Shown here piece after piece: positions 32,401 to 41,523 of a stretch of DNA of 64,000 nt. Within the stretch, counting starts at the first letter, position 1. The number at the start of each line of letters is the position of its first letter. Source of the stretch: a virus; IMG/VR virus record IMGVR_UViG_3300005573_000058, positions 1 through 64,000 of that record; one strand, 5' to 3'. The translations under genes were made by a program, and so were the position numbers. Under the pieces are notes generated by a model. The model ran no database searches. It had not been told where the DNA came from and saw only the letters and a list, made by a program, of their open reading frames with translations.

Positions 32401-32996
32401 CCCTGACCCCACACTCTTTTTAATGATTCATAATATCCCTTAAAAGAAGATTCAGCTGGTTTATTAACTGTAAAATACTTAATAAAATTATTTATCTTTC
32501 CATATGCCCTTCCTATAAATCCTGTATCTTTTCCAATATAACTTTCTACAAATGATAAAAAAGAAGGTTGTTCGGCATATTTTCCACCTGCAATAGCTCC
32601 TTCTATAAGAGAAAAAATTGGATTTTTTATAGTTCTTTCTGCTGCTCCTTTAGCTGCTGCAGCAGCTGCTGCTTTTGCTGTAGATACTTCAGCTGTTGTA
32701 GCTGCAGCCGCAGCAGCATCTGTTGCTACTGTTGATGCTGCTGTAGTTGCTGCTTTTGCTGCATTAATAGCTGCTTTAATAGCTTCTGATCCATGTTCAC
32801 TTAATGCTCCAACAACTCTTTTACCTATACCTGCAAAAAGGCCACCAAATGCTTCTTGAGCTACGCTCCATAAAACTATATTACCAACAAATAAACCTGC
32901 TTTTTTAAGTAAATTACCTGCTAAACTGCCCCAAGATCTAGTAGGCCTTTCATTCTCTTCTAATTTCTGCCTGATATATTCTTCTCTGTTCATCAC
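26406..32996 (-). CDS. Tape-measure-like / ejected protein (2196 aa; start probably ATG 32993)
   Basis: Follows the chaperone pair; G/A-rich hydrophobic segments; degenerate PD-(D/E)xK-like domain. Confidence 0.65.
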   Translation of the reverse strand: MMNREEYIRQKLEENERPTRSWGSLAGNLLKKAGLFVGNIVLWSVAQEAFGGLFAGIGKRVVGALSEHGSEAIKAAINAAKAATTAASTVATDAAAAAATTAEVSTAKAAAAAAAKGAAERTIKNPIFSLIEGAIAGGKYAEQPSFLSFVESYIGKDTGFIGRAYGKINNFIKYFTVNKPAESSFKGYYESLKRVWGQGKFFGVEKGNLKGVIPYLGAGAVYGTARWIPPSVSWYAASRFTAPEEYKDKPLFNPLSTVSDFTKYTLSNAMFFGAGGVITKGIGSSIRGAFRSLSSVNVPQGIVNKIVAGSDFLLTTLYYGMSIMDKVRSKMQNIISDNGERTQSFIRNIYNLYNSNQVAPGGKIKDVLGYIKRKSSELLKEFNVSRASKIMNGWIGVLRDETEKFRLMSKYDPYSKMFTQALNTIVDQFQGVGGAEGQKVQAEMALLDRTINSFTKHRVPNFLSKIATSSKFGVERAEILLEGTSLSKANIEKMTNNLKEIMQKKREIVLKYLSEKNIADIFPYMTESNNKLFNVALAAPGELVERTLRAMTNVGFYIPFTHHKIQPLAFLGPQYIVERNPPIHFMDSGILGTRTQINRGEELGMYIGGKAYLINKSALTNYISKLEEIKEAKMLTPDKVKEVEESLFNSEKAIMKNIDPDLTFKSFQRSSTIARIYNRLAKRDYYDRLPLQTTFKALGIDKEGEYGKGFFGKAMRFMYKTMAALEVGPFSDPSSSASDLLEMSTSVRSPIGFFLNIFKGEAFNNMIEGIDDILSQVGKSPQRVLKVTTKWYNMLLNYMQDSFSSLARHKSYVYNQLKKFLDGYNVSIEQFANPREAAKYVLSLAASENSTTSVPRNIEQLARTVLESEVPTALKEPKHIQDIIETAAYIYKAQERITLKNAKSDLYRELERMGNTLGIKGLAHLGDAMNISFQYQKVLKDIYEARRKGDIDIENLFSTSTVQTLVSTLFGNEGRGSPKLQVLQQIYESAPRIRRFFYAEPYGPLLHNDLAGIWTRAGEDMFSTSPYTWIPVRGNGTFKDFFTSVARKSTHTMDPAGALSKGSSPSDVDKNAAIYLQDIIPRFLFERFNSVGSSMGLSLDTTNPQYRSLLDLAIKGIFMKRVLPIAGAIVGWNTLDTFFDTCPLFDRTPLGQGLNVFLGSTFANVNKFTAKARDILGVTDFASYMEGLFPGIINSPFSKIFRFTTFPFVGAALGMRYGPTGAMTGAIIGATLGTYTAVSDMTKSVRDLEDEYEGYNLVPYKSNAGWILSKGNILGDRIYGFGPSWYARLRSQWKYTANVYGNKLESLIFKPWPALGFNPIGTLVDPFHYERKHYYTRPYPLATPAFEDIPIAGPLVAASAGKFLKPSLLMHKDQLAESFKEPFWPDLYFRNVEGLTQDITGFTGIFAPEHEKIGPFGGDIMNKFQNYSEGIHMFPDETGGRIGIPNIPQVGISTVFSESWYRMITEPMGIYGFLTSMKNVPGEAMARLAQTNLYQSTRRAFWEGSIGSFGLFTEYLRRYFPNFTNINMNLNPIRNRMPEWISSGKSFVDLRFGDPYSKVPAMGELFLPGPAYESWRHPLNTFPAYASYLDNELETITAKMLGIYYPTNAEILSERMETPYKQLVLDELERRNLLIQREAELYDPFTDIEGTADGVVRYLGKKMLINIEALPSDELYPSTLINRFSSKVNFMMKQMGLDTSIVIGIDVNDPTRSIAVPVHYNRAKYQEDITKLMTARAIATKSLEQGFVKSTYGAGYSHLDRLRVLGNVFPLVYSPEYKKELNIVKQQIALGILPDSVQDEVDEIQFNRNMIIQGQEFYTHRFLHQITSPSSKVTQMNLNKNIKAASEYSDIERILGAAYEALQNVEIPFFTRKFFNYRSPLEAYEQDIVYGSANSYWNNPVNSFIGPAVRSFYRRDDIISSSLASATFFGTMLGPTFIGVGATLGAIGSAVKNVAGAFGKYFIPPSIERMRDINQTFDNLEYIRAKQAYDDTNMRTFAEQANETVRGQLANLSSMTVASAMKAVYKPEQKYFLGMYQTEDIEERKKMLGILPPDVGAMLSNLWNMDKNTNRNTTFVRKRFNYGPNSNIWADNSYSGVGLEDNLDDIKYDVMKREGLDYHLVGLGWQDQIVRKQVYDRLNYSAVLESKKIDKFASVNINSSNLSSAVASVFNRFGIQVFVTVMDQAGPDDIYIDIEV

Positions 32997-33001
32997 TATG
33001 T

Positions 33002-33010
33002 ATTATAGCA
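33002..33010 (-). promoter_or_regulatory. Extended -10 promoter TGCTATAAT, 8 nt before ATG 32993
   Basis: Exact recurring motif. Confidence 0.65.
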
Positions 33011-33015
33011 TTAAA

Positions 33016-33642
33016 TTAGACAGATATTGCTTCTTTGATACTTTTACCTTGATCTATAAGATAATTAACATACGACATAACTAAATGTTTTTTTCTTACA
33101 TATTGTATTGTCTCCTTTTTATCAGCATCAAGTTGATCATATGGAACATTTTTAATTTCAAGATTAGAACTTTGTTTTTTGATATCACTTGATTTTATAC
33201 CTAATAATGACTGCATAATTGCTATATAACGAACAAACTGTATATCATCTAAATTTAAAATATCATCTACAGGTATATTCAAGTTTTTAGACATTAATAA
33301 AGATATATAATCATAGGGATATAAGCCTTTTTCTATATCATCTAATATATCTTTTGTAATTTCATCTATTTTTGTTGAATCATTCAATAAATAATTTTCC
33401 AATATTATAGAACTGAGAGATTCAATAATAAGACTATTAAAATCAAGATCCATTGGTTCAATGATACAACATGATACTAAATAGTTATTAGCTGCTTTAA
33501 CATTATATTTTTGTAAATAGCTATAAGTTATATATTCGCCAACAGTAGGATGTCTGTAGATATATGATACATTTTTAATAGTAGTTTTAAATAACTTTTT
33601 ATATTTTCTATATAACTCTTTTTTAGATATATCATCATACAT
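33016..33642 (-). CDS. Tail assembly chaperone-like protein 2, 208 aa
   Basis: Position before the TMP; YIYRHPT..CCIIEP..SLSSII parallels its neighbour. Confidence 0.55.
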   Translation of the reverse strand: MYDDISKKELYRKYKKLFKTTIKNVSYIYRHPTVGEYITYSYLQKYNVKAANNYLVSCCIIEPMDLDFNSLIIESLSSIILENYLLNDSTKIDEITKDILDDIEKGLYPYDYISLLMSKNLNIPVDDILNLDDIQFVRYIAIMQSLLGIKSSDIKKQSSNLEIKNVPYDQLDADKKETIQYVRKKHLVMSYVNYLIDQGKSIKEAISV

Positions 33643-33651
33643 TATATATTA

Positions 33652-34017
33652 CTATAATATCTCTGTTTCTATAGGCTCTGTTACAAAACCTGATAAACTC
33701 ATTATAGAATCAGATAAAGTTAAAACAACACCTGCTCCAAGATTAGCTTTTATATCTTCTTTAGACAACTGTGGATATACAAGACAATTTGCTATAACTT
33801 CTAATTCAAATTCTGTTGATTCTGGTGCTATATTTTCGGCGGTTTTTTCATTTACAAACTTTATCCATTCTTCTCTGTTAAATCCTCTTACAACATAGAT
33901 TTCCTTGCCAACTCTGATCTTAGCCATCTTCTCAAGTTTACCTTCTTTTCTTAATTTTTCCTTTTGTTCTTTAATAAATGCATCTAAATCAAATTCTTTT
34001 GTTTTTACATCTGGCAT
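33652..34017 (-). CDS. Tail assembly chaperone-like protein 1, 121 aa
   Basis: YVVRGFNREEW..NCLVYP..AGVVLTLSDSIMSLSGF; position; GGAGG RBS. Confidence 0.6.
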   Translation of the reverse strand: MPDVKTKEFDLDAFIKEQKEKLRKEGKLEKMAKIRVGKEIYVVRGFNREEWIKFVNEKTAENIAPESTEFELEVIANCLVYPQLSKEDIKANLGAGVVLTLSDSIMSLSGFVTEPIETEIL

Positions 34018-34037
34018 ATATACCTCCTTCTTTATTA

Positions 34038-35519
34038 CTATATAATATCATTATAATCCAAGCATAATCTCACAATTCTTCTCATATATCTTAAATTCTT
34101 TTTAGACACGTCAGGCTCTGCTGGTGTTACAGATGGCAATGTCATTGTTTTTTCAATATTATATACTGAAACATCCAAATCGAAAACAAATTTTTCAACT
34201 TTACCTTTACAAAGATTTTTAGTGTCATCATCCAAAAAGATTTTTACATGCGTTTTTACATATTCATATATATCTTTTTCTATTTCACCTTCTCGATACC
34301 CATGTAGATAACCTAAAAAATCTTTTAATTCCATAACTTGTTTTTCTTTTACATCAAGTTTGTCTGGTGGCACAGTATATATCGGTACAAACCGCAAATA
34401 TAGAAATTTATCAACTGCATTTGGTTGAGGTAAAAAAACATCGACAAGAATTTTATTAAGCTTTTCAATTTCATCACTTGATACTGTGTTTTTCAGTAAT
34501 ATATCTTTAAAACTTATATTATCAATTGTAAGAACACCACTAACAACAACTTCTGTATTTGCTTCTTCTTTCTTAGTAGGTTCTTCAACTTGTATTGGCT
34601 TCTGATTTTCAATATCATCGCTCTTAACAGTATCTGCTTGTTTCATTAAATTACCAATAGCAACATCAGCATGACGAGCAAAAAATGTATATGTTACAAC
34701 TACAACATCATCTACAGTTATATTTTGTGACTCACCAACAATATGAACATCATATATATTTTTAACTGTATGCTCAGCTGCTGGAACATTCATATCACCA
34801 TATAATAAAACAAAATTGATTGCATTATTACCTGTACCTAATATACTTATTTCATCATTAACACTATCATAAGAATAATCAGCTTCATCTATTCTTCTTA
34901 ATCTATTTATTTGATTATCCCACCTAGCAAGAGAATTAGGATCAATATTTGAACTTGATAATTCATGCCACCACTTACCACCCCACAAATAATCTTCCAG
35001 TATTTCTGCCATATTCTCATATTCTGATAAGTTTGGATCAGCATAATTACTCAAAAATTCAGCTATGTTCCTATATATAGCAACAGGCGAATTTACAGCA
35101 CCTTGTATATATCCTACAGCCGGTGTGACATCATTCAAATATCTATAATAGTATAAAGATCTGATTTTAGATCTATCTTTTATAGCAAAATCAGTAGGCT
35201 GTTTTGATAATATATAATCAATAATAACTTCATTTTGATCTATTTCTCCTTGTGCTACTTTTCTAATAAGCTCCAAATATGCTTGTTCTGTAAATGCTAT
35301 AGAAAATGATCCTTCAACTAAAAAATTACCGCGTAATACAGCATCATATTCAGTTGAATTATAACCATAAATAGGAGTTTTAGACTGATTAGAAGACCAT
35401 TGAAATGCTATTATATCATCGACCCATATACTACCAACAAAAACTCTTACTTGCGCACCAGTGTATGCATCTACTAAATATGTTGTTCTTATATCACGCA
35501 ATTCGTTAAATCTTTTCAT
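34038..35519 (-). CDS. Tail-tube-like protein (tube initiator paralogue), 493 aa
   Basis: YTGAQV..QSKTPIYGYN..RGNFLVEGSF aligns by eye with the tube protein. Confidence 0.6.
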   Translation of the reverse strand: MKRFNELRDIRTTYLVDAYTGAQVRVFVGSIWVDDIIAFQWSSNQSKTPIYGYNSTEYDAVLRGNFLVEGSFSIAFTEQAYLELIRKVAQGEIDQNEVIIDYILSKQPTDFAIKDRSKIRSLYYYRYLNDVTPAVGYIQGAVNSPVAIYRNIAEFLSNYADPNLSEYENMAEILEDYLWGGKWWHELSSSNIDPNSLARWDNQINRLRRIDEADYSYDSVNDEISILGTGNNAINFVLLYGDMNVPAAEHTVKNIYDVHIVGESQNITVDDVVVVTYTFFARHADVAIGNLMKQADTVKSDDIENQKPIQVEEPTKKEEANTEVVVSGVLTIDNISFKDILLKNTVSSDEIEKLNKILVDVFLPQPNAVDKFLYLRFVPIYTVPPDKLDVKEKQVMELKDFLGYLHGYREGEIEKDIYEYVKTHVKIFLDDDTKNLCKGKVEKFVFDLDVSVYNIEKTMTLPSVTPAEPDVSKKNLRYMRRIVRLCLDYNDII

Positions 35520-35521
35520 AA

Positions 35522-36628
35522 TTATGCTATATAACTATTGTTGATAGGAAAATCCCCTTCCTTAGTAGGATTTATATTTACAGGCTGTACATTTTCAAAT
35601 TCTATTCTTCCCATACTACCATAGTCACCATGTACATAACCATAATTTATTAATTCTCTCCTAAAATCAGAGAAAGGAAGACCTAACTTATCATATGGTA
35701 AATTAAATGTAGATGTATAATTCTCAATAAGAGATGTAAGTTCAGCAATATATAAATTATTAGTATTTATTATACCACTTATAGTATTTTGATCAATTTG
35801 ATTTAACTGTGAAATAATTACTCTATTATTTTTATCATCATATTTATATATCGACAAACTACCATATTTACTTATAAAACCTTCCTTACCTTCATTTGCC
35901 ATTTCTAATCTTTTATTACTCAATTCTAGTAGTGACTTCTGAGTTAGCATATTTATAAGAGAATTATGTTCATTTTCTGCTTTTGTTGTAAATAATTTCT
36001 TTTCATATTTTCCTGTACTATCATTATAATAAAACTTTTGTTGACCAACTGGACATAATAAATCAATATCTCTAGCAATAAAAGATCTATTATTTGTTAC
36101 AACAACATCATTAATAGAATTAACAAGACCTTCATCAATAAACTCAACACCATACAATCTAAGAAACGCTGAATGACCATATTCATCCATATATATAACG
36201 ACTACATCGAAAGGTGGAATTTGATCTGATAATGGACTATAAGAAAATCCATAATCAGAATCAATACTTATAGATGATACAATGTCTAGAAATGGATCGC
36301 CTTGTCTATTAACAACAAATTCTAAAGAACCAGCAATTGTTCTAGAACCCTTACATATATACTTAGGATAAGACCTACCTAAAGGTACAACCTGCTTTTT
36401 CTCTCTATGAATAGAATAAGTTATCATTGAAAGATTAGGAAGAATAGCATGTACTTTAACTTCAGGTATGTAGATAATTGTAACAGCATCAACTGGGCTA
36501 AAAGACCCCAGTTGATGCTGTTCTACGACTGTCGTTGATTTAGGAATACCGGTAGAATGTTCTGACTGTATTGCAGTAAGCATAGGTTTGGCTTTTGTTG
36601 CTAGCTCGTTCGTTTTATTAAAAAACAA
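35522..36628 (-). CDS. Tail-tube-like protein (paralogue), 368 aa
   Basis: ITYSIHREK..KGSRTIAGSL..DQIPPFDV..LYGVEF is shared with 36632. Confidence 0.7.
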   Translation of the reverse strand: MFFNKTNELATKAKPMLTAIQSEHSTGIPKSTTVVEQHQLGSFSPVDAVTIIYIPEVKVHAILPNLSMITYSIHREKKQVVPLGRSYPKYICKGSRTIAGSLEFVVNRQGDPFLDIVSSISIDSDYGFSYSPLSDQIPPFDVVVIYMDEYGHSAFLRLYGVEFIDEGLVNSINDVVVTNNRSFIARDIDLLCPVGQQKFYYNDSTGKYEKKLFTTKAENEHNSLINMLTQKSLLELSNKRLEMANEGKEGFISKYGSLSIYKYDDKNNRVIISQLNQIDQNTISGIINTNNLYIAELTSLIENYTSTFNLPYDKLGLPFSDFRRELINYGYVHGDYGSMGRIEFENVQPVNINPTKEGDFPINNSYIA

Positions 36629-36631
36629 TTA

Positions 36632-37336
36632 TTAAACTCCTGTTAGAGTTGGAGGAACAAGATTTCCAAATGTTCCACCAATGTCATTACCCTGACCTTG
36701 AACTTCCACAGGAACCCAAGGAGTTATATTACTAGCTACCCATGTAAACTGATCTTCTATGGTAAGGTCTTCTGTAGATATGCCTTGTCCGTGGTTCAAA
36801 AATTCAACTCCATAAATTGCCATTGACATTGCCTGTCCAATTTCATTCCTACCCGTAACTGTAACATCAAAAGGTGGAATCTGATCTGGATAATGCGGAG
36901 AACTAAGTGTCATTCCAACAGCAGAACCATTACCAAAATTATTTACCACTCCAGCAAGTCTTTTCCCTTGTATAGCATTACCATTATTATCAACACTACT
37001 TCCAAGATAAGCATTTTCTATATCATTGCCATAATCTTTTCTCGCATATTTTGTTTCCTTCATAAGATCATACAAAGCATCCCTATCATAAACCACAAAA
37101 ACCATTGAACCTGCAATCCCCCGTTTGCCTCTGGAAAAACTAAGCGGGTTTGGTGCTCCTAAAACATAAATAGGAGCTTTCTCTCTTGTTACACTAAAAC
37201 TAATTCCTTGACAATTACCTAACAAGTACGTTCCTACAATCAAATTTATGTCAGAACCTCCCATAGAGGTATAACTTCTAGCAACATCAGAAACCACACC
37301 ATTCATACCAATACCACCAAAATTACTTGTACCCAT
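36632..37336 (-). CDS. Major tail tube protein (start revised to ATG 37336, MGTSNFGG)
   Basis: Immediately after the sheath; ISFSVTREKAP..RGKRGIAGS..DQIPPFDV; GGGAGG RBS precedes 37336, while the longer TTG start overlaps a terminator. Confidence 0.8.
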   Translation of the reverse strand: MGTSNFGGIGMNGVVSDVARSYTSMGGSDINLIVGTYLLGNCQGISFSVTREKAPIYVLGAPNPLSFSRGKRGIAGSMVFVVYDRDALYDLMKETKYARKDYGNDIENAYLGSSVDNNGNAIQGKRLAGVVNNFGNGSAVGMTLSSPHYPDQIPPFDVTVTGRNEIGQAMSMAIYGVEFLNHGQGISTEDLTIEDQFTWVASNITPWVPVEVQGQGNDIGGTFGNLVPPTLTGV

Positions 37337-37365
37337 AACTACCTCCCTTGTTGGTATCACAATAT

Positions 37366-37374
37366 ATATTAGCA
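37366..37374 (-). promoter_or_regulatory. Extended -10-like promoter TGCTAATAT for the tube gene
   Basis: Variant of the recurring motif, between the terminator and the RBS. Confidence 0.5.
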
Positions 37375-37390
37375 TACGAAATACAAAAAC

Positions 37391-37424
37391 AAAAATAAAA
37401 AGGTCGGGTAACAAACCCGACCTT
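37391..37424 (-). terminator. Intrinsic terminator after the sheath gene
   Basis: 10-bp stem AAGGTCGGGT/ACCCGACCTT followed by a T-rich tract on the minus strand. Confidence 0.85.
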
Positions 37425-37457
37425 CAAATAGGACACAAAATAATACAAAAATAATAA

Positions 37458-40337
37458 TTATGTTGCTGTCACTTTAACATTTATAACAATTGTCTTAACT
37501 TCAAATGCAGGAACAATTGTAAGATCAATATCAAGTTCACCAAGCACCTGCTTATTTGGATCAGATCTTACAACAGCTACTCCCCTCTGAATTATTCCCC
37601 TTCCAATTGTTTTTGACATAAATTTATCTATTTGCTGTTGTAATGAATTTCTAATAGCATCACTATTCTTTGAACCAAGATACTGAGATGCAATATATCT
37701 AATACCATTAACAACATAAGTTGTTTCCATATAGGTCGAAAGTAATGAATAATCAGAACCATAAGGAGCAAGTGTTGGATCTCCTGCTATTCTATATCCA
37801 TAATATGGTCTAAACATTACAGTTGTATATCTATTTTCAATAAGTTGATCTACCTGATCAGGTGTAAATGTATATCTCATTCCTACTGCTCTAACAGGTT
37901 GATTAACAGGTGTCTGATTATCAGGTAATGATGCTATAATACCTGCATATACAACTTCACCTGTTGTAGCTATAGGTAAAGATATACCAGGTATAGAAAT
38001 AATAGGTTCAAATGCTGTTACAACAAGTCTCTTAGATCTATTATCTCCAATCAATGCCATAGCATTTGCAGGTCTTGTTGCATCATTGTACTTAACATTA
38101 ACAAGTCTATCAAAATGATCTTTAATTTCATTAGGAGTAATATCTCCTTCTATAGGAGCAACCGACATAATACCAACAGCATCTGCTACAGATTTTGAAA
38201 GACTATCAAGATAGTCTAAGAAAAGTTCATATATACCAGCATTTTGAAGCTCTTCTACACCTGTATAAGTATTAAATGATCTAACATAATCATTAATATA
38301 TGCTCCAGCAAGAACAACTATATCTGCTGGATATGACTTAATTGCATCAAAAGTTTTCTTAAGCTCAATATATTTAAGTTCATTACTAATGTCAACACCT
38401 GATCTACCACCGTTCAATGATATAGCTGATGAAAGATCCATTTCTTCTGGTGCATATGTATAATCAAGACCAATCCACATTTTAACTTTAAGATTTTCAA
38501 CATCAATACGACAATCTTCTCCAGGAGGGAGATCTGGCCTTCTCAATGTATGAATATCTGATACTGGAGGAGATGATAAATCTGCTTTTCCAGATCTCAT
38601 ATTCTCTGCAACACTTGCAGCTAGTGAACCTGTATCAACTAGTTCATGTTTAAATGATTCGGTATAAGACGAAATACCAGTAGATGTTGCAATAGGAGTA
38701 AAACCACTACATTCTACAAATACATAACTTTGTTTATAAGGATCAACATTATAGAAACCTGGTTGTTTGTTAATATTAATGAATCTTAATTTACCTGATT
38801 TTGCATCATATAATTCAACATCAGATCCTATCTCATATTCCCTTCTATAAATATATGTAATAGCAATAGGTGATGGTAAAGCACTACCAAAATAAATTTT
38901 ATTACCAGCAACATAAAAATAAGTAAAATCTTTATCTTTTAACCCACCTAAGCTATTAACTCTTGTCAAAAGACCAACACATGAGTCAATATCAATATAT
39001 AACTTATCACCTGCTTCTAAATGATATTTAAGATTTGAATTTAAATTTAGTGTAACTTTTCTTGTATCATAACTCCAATCAATAGTAAATAAAGACGATC
39101 TCCTGCTACTAACTGGAATATTTGTTAAATCATAAATGGTCATCTTTTTACCATTTCTTTCAACATACAAAATAACATTATCTATGACATTAGGATCTAA
39201 TCCATTTATTGTTTTAATATAATCTACTGTATATTCAGGTGATATACTACTAAGTGCAAGAACATACTGTTCAAAATCTGAATTACTTAACGTCATTTCC
39301 AAAACATCTGGTGGCAAATACATATTAAATTCAACTTTTGTAAAAGTATTAGGGTCATTAACTGTTCCAATATATTTTGATCTTATAATTTGCCTAAATT
39401 CACTCTGATCTTTTCTATCACTAGTAAGATCAGCATCAAGTGGTATAATATAATTATCATCGTCAATAATATGCATAACAGGACCTAATAACGTAAATGT
39501 AGATGCACCTTCACCGTCTATAAACTGATGTGCAACTGCAGCTTCATAAACTCTATTTAACTTAACAATATTATTCAAAGATGTTGCATATGCCTTCTTA
39601 ACTCTGCCATCAAATGGATTCCTAGTATAATCTATAATTTCAGTACTAGAATCATAGCTAAGATTAGATAATGTAAGTGTAACAATACCTTCTGATGTAT
39701 CATATGCTGGTACATATCCGCTGAGATTTGCTGTTAAATCTATTTCATAATAACTCTGCAAGTCAGGAACAGATGCTCTGATAATTGTATTTAAATTAGG
39801 ATCATTATTAATAGCTTCTGCAAGTTCGATAGCATTATGAACATCTGCTTGAATATCAGGATCTGTATCATATGTATAAATAGATTCTATATTTGTTTTA
39901 GGATTATATATAATAATAGATAATCTATTATCAACAATACCTGTTCTTATAGATACATTATTATATATTTCTCCTGGATACAAAGCCTCTATCTGCAAAG
40001 CAAATAAACCAGATGTTTCAGCGTAAATTCCAGAACCTGATGTGACTTCATATATCTTAGCAGATGCTGTAGATCCTCCACCAATTCTAACTGCTCTTAC
40101 ATCTGGATTTGTACCTGTTGTTGATGCAAAAAATGTATAAATAGATTTTACTAAAGTTCCTTTATAAAAAGAACCAAATATTGCTAATGCATCACTAGCT
40201 TTCCTAATTCTAATAGGAACATTTACAGGTCCATCTTCAGCTGTTCCTATTAATAGCACAGAACGTGTATCATATGCCGCATCTTGTGTAACTTGAAGAT
40301 TATAATCTTGATATCTACTCTCAATATTCAAAGGCAT
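37458..40337 (-). CDS. Contractile tail sheath protein, 959 aa
   Basis: VLLIGTAEDGPVNVP..IFG N-terminus; C-terminal IDLTIVPAFEVKTIVINV; large central insertion. Confidence 0.9.
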   Translation of the reverse strand: MPLNIESRYQDYNLQVTQDAAYDTRSVLLIGTAEDGPVNVPIRIRKASDALAIFGSFYKGTLVKSIYTFFASTTGTNPDVRAVRIGGGSTASAKIYEVTSGSGIYAETSGLFALQIEALYPGEIYNNVSIRTGIVDNRLSIIIYNPKTNIESIYTYDTDPDIQADVHNAIELAEAINNDPNLNTIIRASVPDLQSYYEIDLTANLSGYVPAYDTSEGIVTLTLSNLSYDSSTEIIDYTRNPFDGRVKKAYATSLNNIVKLNRVYEAAVAHQFIDGEGASTFTLLGPVMHIIDDDNYIIPLDADLTSDRKDQSEFRQIIRSKYIGTVNDPNTFTKVEFNMYLPPDVLEMTLSNSDFEQYVLALSSISPEYTVDYIKTINGLDPNVIDNVILYVERNGKKMTIYDLTNIPVSSRRSSLFTIDWSYDTRKVTLNLNSNLKYHLEAGDKLYIDIDSCVGLLTRVNSLGGLKDKDFTYFYVAGNKIYFGSALPSPIAITYIYRREYEIGSDVELYDAKSGKLRFININKQPGFYNVDPYKQSYVFVECSGFTPIATSTGISSYTESFKHELVDTGSLAASVAENMRSGKADLSSPPVSDIHTLRRPDLPPGEDCRIDVENLKVKMWIGLDYTYAPEEMDLSSAISLNGGRSGVDISNELKYIELKKTFDAIKSYPADIVVLAGAYINDYVRSFNTYTGVEELQNAGIYELFLDYLDSLSKSVADAVGIMSVAPIEGDITPNEIKDHFDRLVNVKYNDATRPANAMALIGDNRSKRLVVTAFEPIISIPGISLPIATTGEVVYAGIIASLPDNQTPVNQPVRAVGMRYTFTPDQVDQLIENRYTTVMFRPYYGYRIAGDPTLAPYGSDYSLLSTYMETTYVVNGIRYIASQYLGSKNSDAIRNSLQQQIDKFMSKTIGRGIIQRGVAVVRSDPNKQVLGELDIDLTIVPAFEVKTIVINVKVTAT

Positions 40338-40360
40338 ACTACCTCCTTATTTTTAAATTT

Positions 40361-41032
40361 TTAGTTATTATTCTCATATAAATTAACATATATTTTATTA
40401 ATAATATTTGTAGTATCTACTTTTAACTTTTGTATTCTAATACCATAAGATATCCTATTAACATGTAAATCAGTATAATCTACATCTATTGGCTGTAAAG
40501 AACTAATATATACAATTCTACCTAAGCCATTTTTGATAAATAGCGGAGTATAAATAGTCATTACTGCTTCGAACCATCTAGACAATTCTTGTAATTCTTT
40601 AATTCCTTGTGTAAATAAATCAAATTGTGTAACGATATCATATTCCTGTAAATAAACAGTAACTACACTATTTTCTAAATAAATCTCTTCGAATGGTTTT
40701 TCTTTTGTTGTATTATAAACATCTAAAAAACTAGGACCAGATGCTATTTGTTTTTTAGCAACTCTATAAACGATAGTTGGCTTAAAAAATCCTGTAGATG
40801 GTTCTTTTAGAGGAACATTCTCAATTCTCATTCCTAATCTTCTACGTATATATTCAGGATATATGGAAGTATATTCAACATCAGGACGTAAAGTTTCTAC
40901 AAGATAACCTACAGTTGAGAAAAAATCCCATTCATCCATCACTCCACTTAAATGTGTTCTATAATAATTAAATATACCACTTGTTAAATTTTCCAAAGTA
41001 TATCTACTTAATAAAACACCATTTTCAATCAT
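40361..41032 (-). CDS. Putative tail terminator/completion protein, 223 aa
   Basis: Position between neck and sheath genes; YDIVTQFDLFT..WFE pattern. Confidence 0.55.
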   Translation of the reverse strand: MIENGVLLSRYTLENLTSGIFNYYRTHLSGVMDEWDFFSTVGYLVETLRPDVEYTSIYPEYIRRRLGMRIENVPLKEPSTGFFKPTIVYRVAKKQIASGPSFLDVYNTTKEKPFEEIYLENSVVTVYLQEYDIVTQFDLFTQGIKELQELSRWFEAVMTIYTPLFIKNGLGRIVYISSLQPIDVDYTDLHVNRISYGIRIQKLKVDTTNIINKIYVNLYENNN

Positions 41033-41523
41033 TATAACTTTCCTTTTGTCACTACAATTTTATATTCTACTCTTCCTATATCTCCTCTAATATTATCTAT
41101 AGCTGTTACAATAAATGTTTTTTCTATAAAACTATCAAAATTTTTAGGTAAAGATGGTACTTTTTGAGAAGAACCAATAGGATCCTTTAACAAAAATATA
41201 TAATCTCCTCTATCAACTTGTATATAATGATACATATAAAAAATTACCCTAGGATCTTCTAACAATGATTGAATACTTATATCCTCTCCTTTTTTTCCAT
41301 GAATACTATATTCAACAAATCTTGTTCTTACCAAACCATCTTTATATTTAAATGACATACCAACAGGTGCTTCATCATATTTTATATCATAAGAAATATC
41401 TTTTTCAGAAGTAAAATGTCTCAACACAACCCAATGTCCATACTTTTTCATAAAGTCATCAAAATTTTTCCTAAGATCTATATAATTATCTCCACTATTA
41501 TAAAACGATCTTAATTCAATCAT
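41032..41523 (-). CDS. Putative head-closure/neck protein, 163 aa
   Basis: Position; GHWVVLR..RGDIGRVEY. Confidence 0.55.
   Translation of the reverse strand: MIELRSFYNSGDNYIDLRKNFDDFMKKYGHWVVLRHFTSEKDISYDIKYDEAPVGMSFKYKDGLVRTRFVEYSIHGKKGEDISIQSLLEDPRVIFYMYHYIQVDRGDYIFLLKDPIGSSQKVPSLPKNFDSFIEKTFIVTAIDNIRGDIGRVEYKIVVTKGKL

Noticed and set aside
37337-37414. 26-aa N-terminal extension of the tube protein in the ORF track
   Set aside because: Overlaps the terminator and promoter; a strong RBS supports ATG 37336
8491-40337. Bacterial contractile injection system or tailocin rather than phage
   Set aside because: Capsid, portal, protease and terminase genes are contiguous with the tail genes
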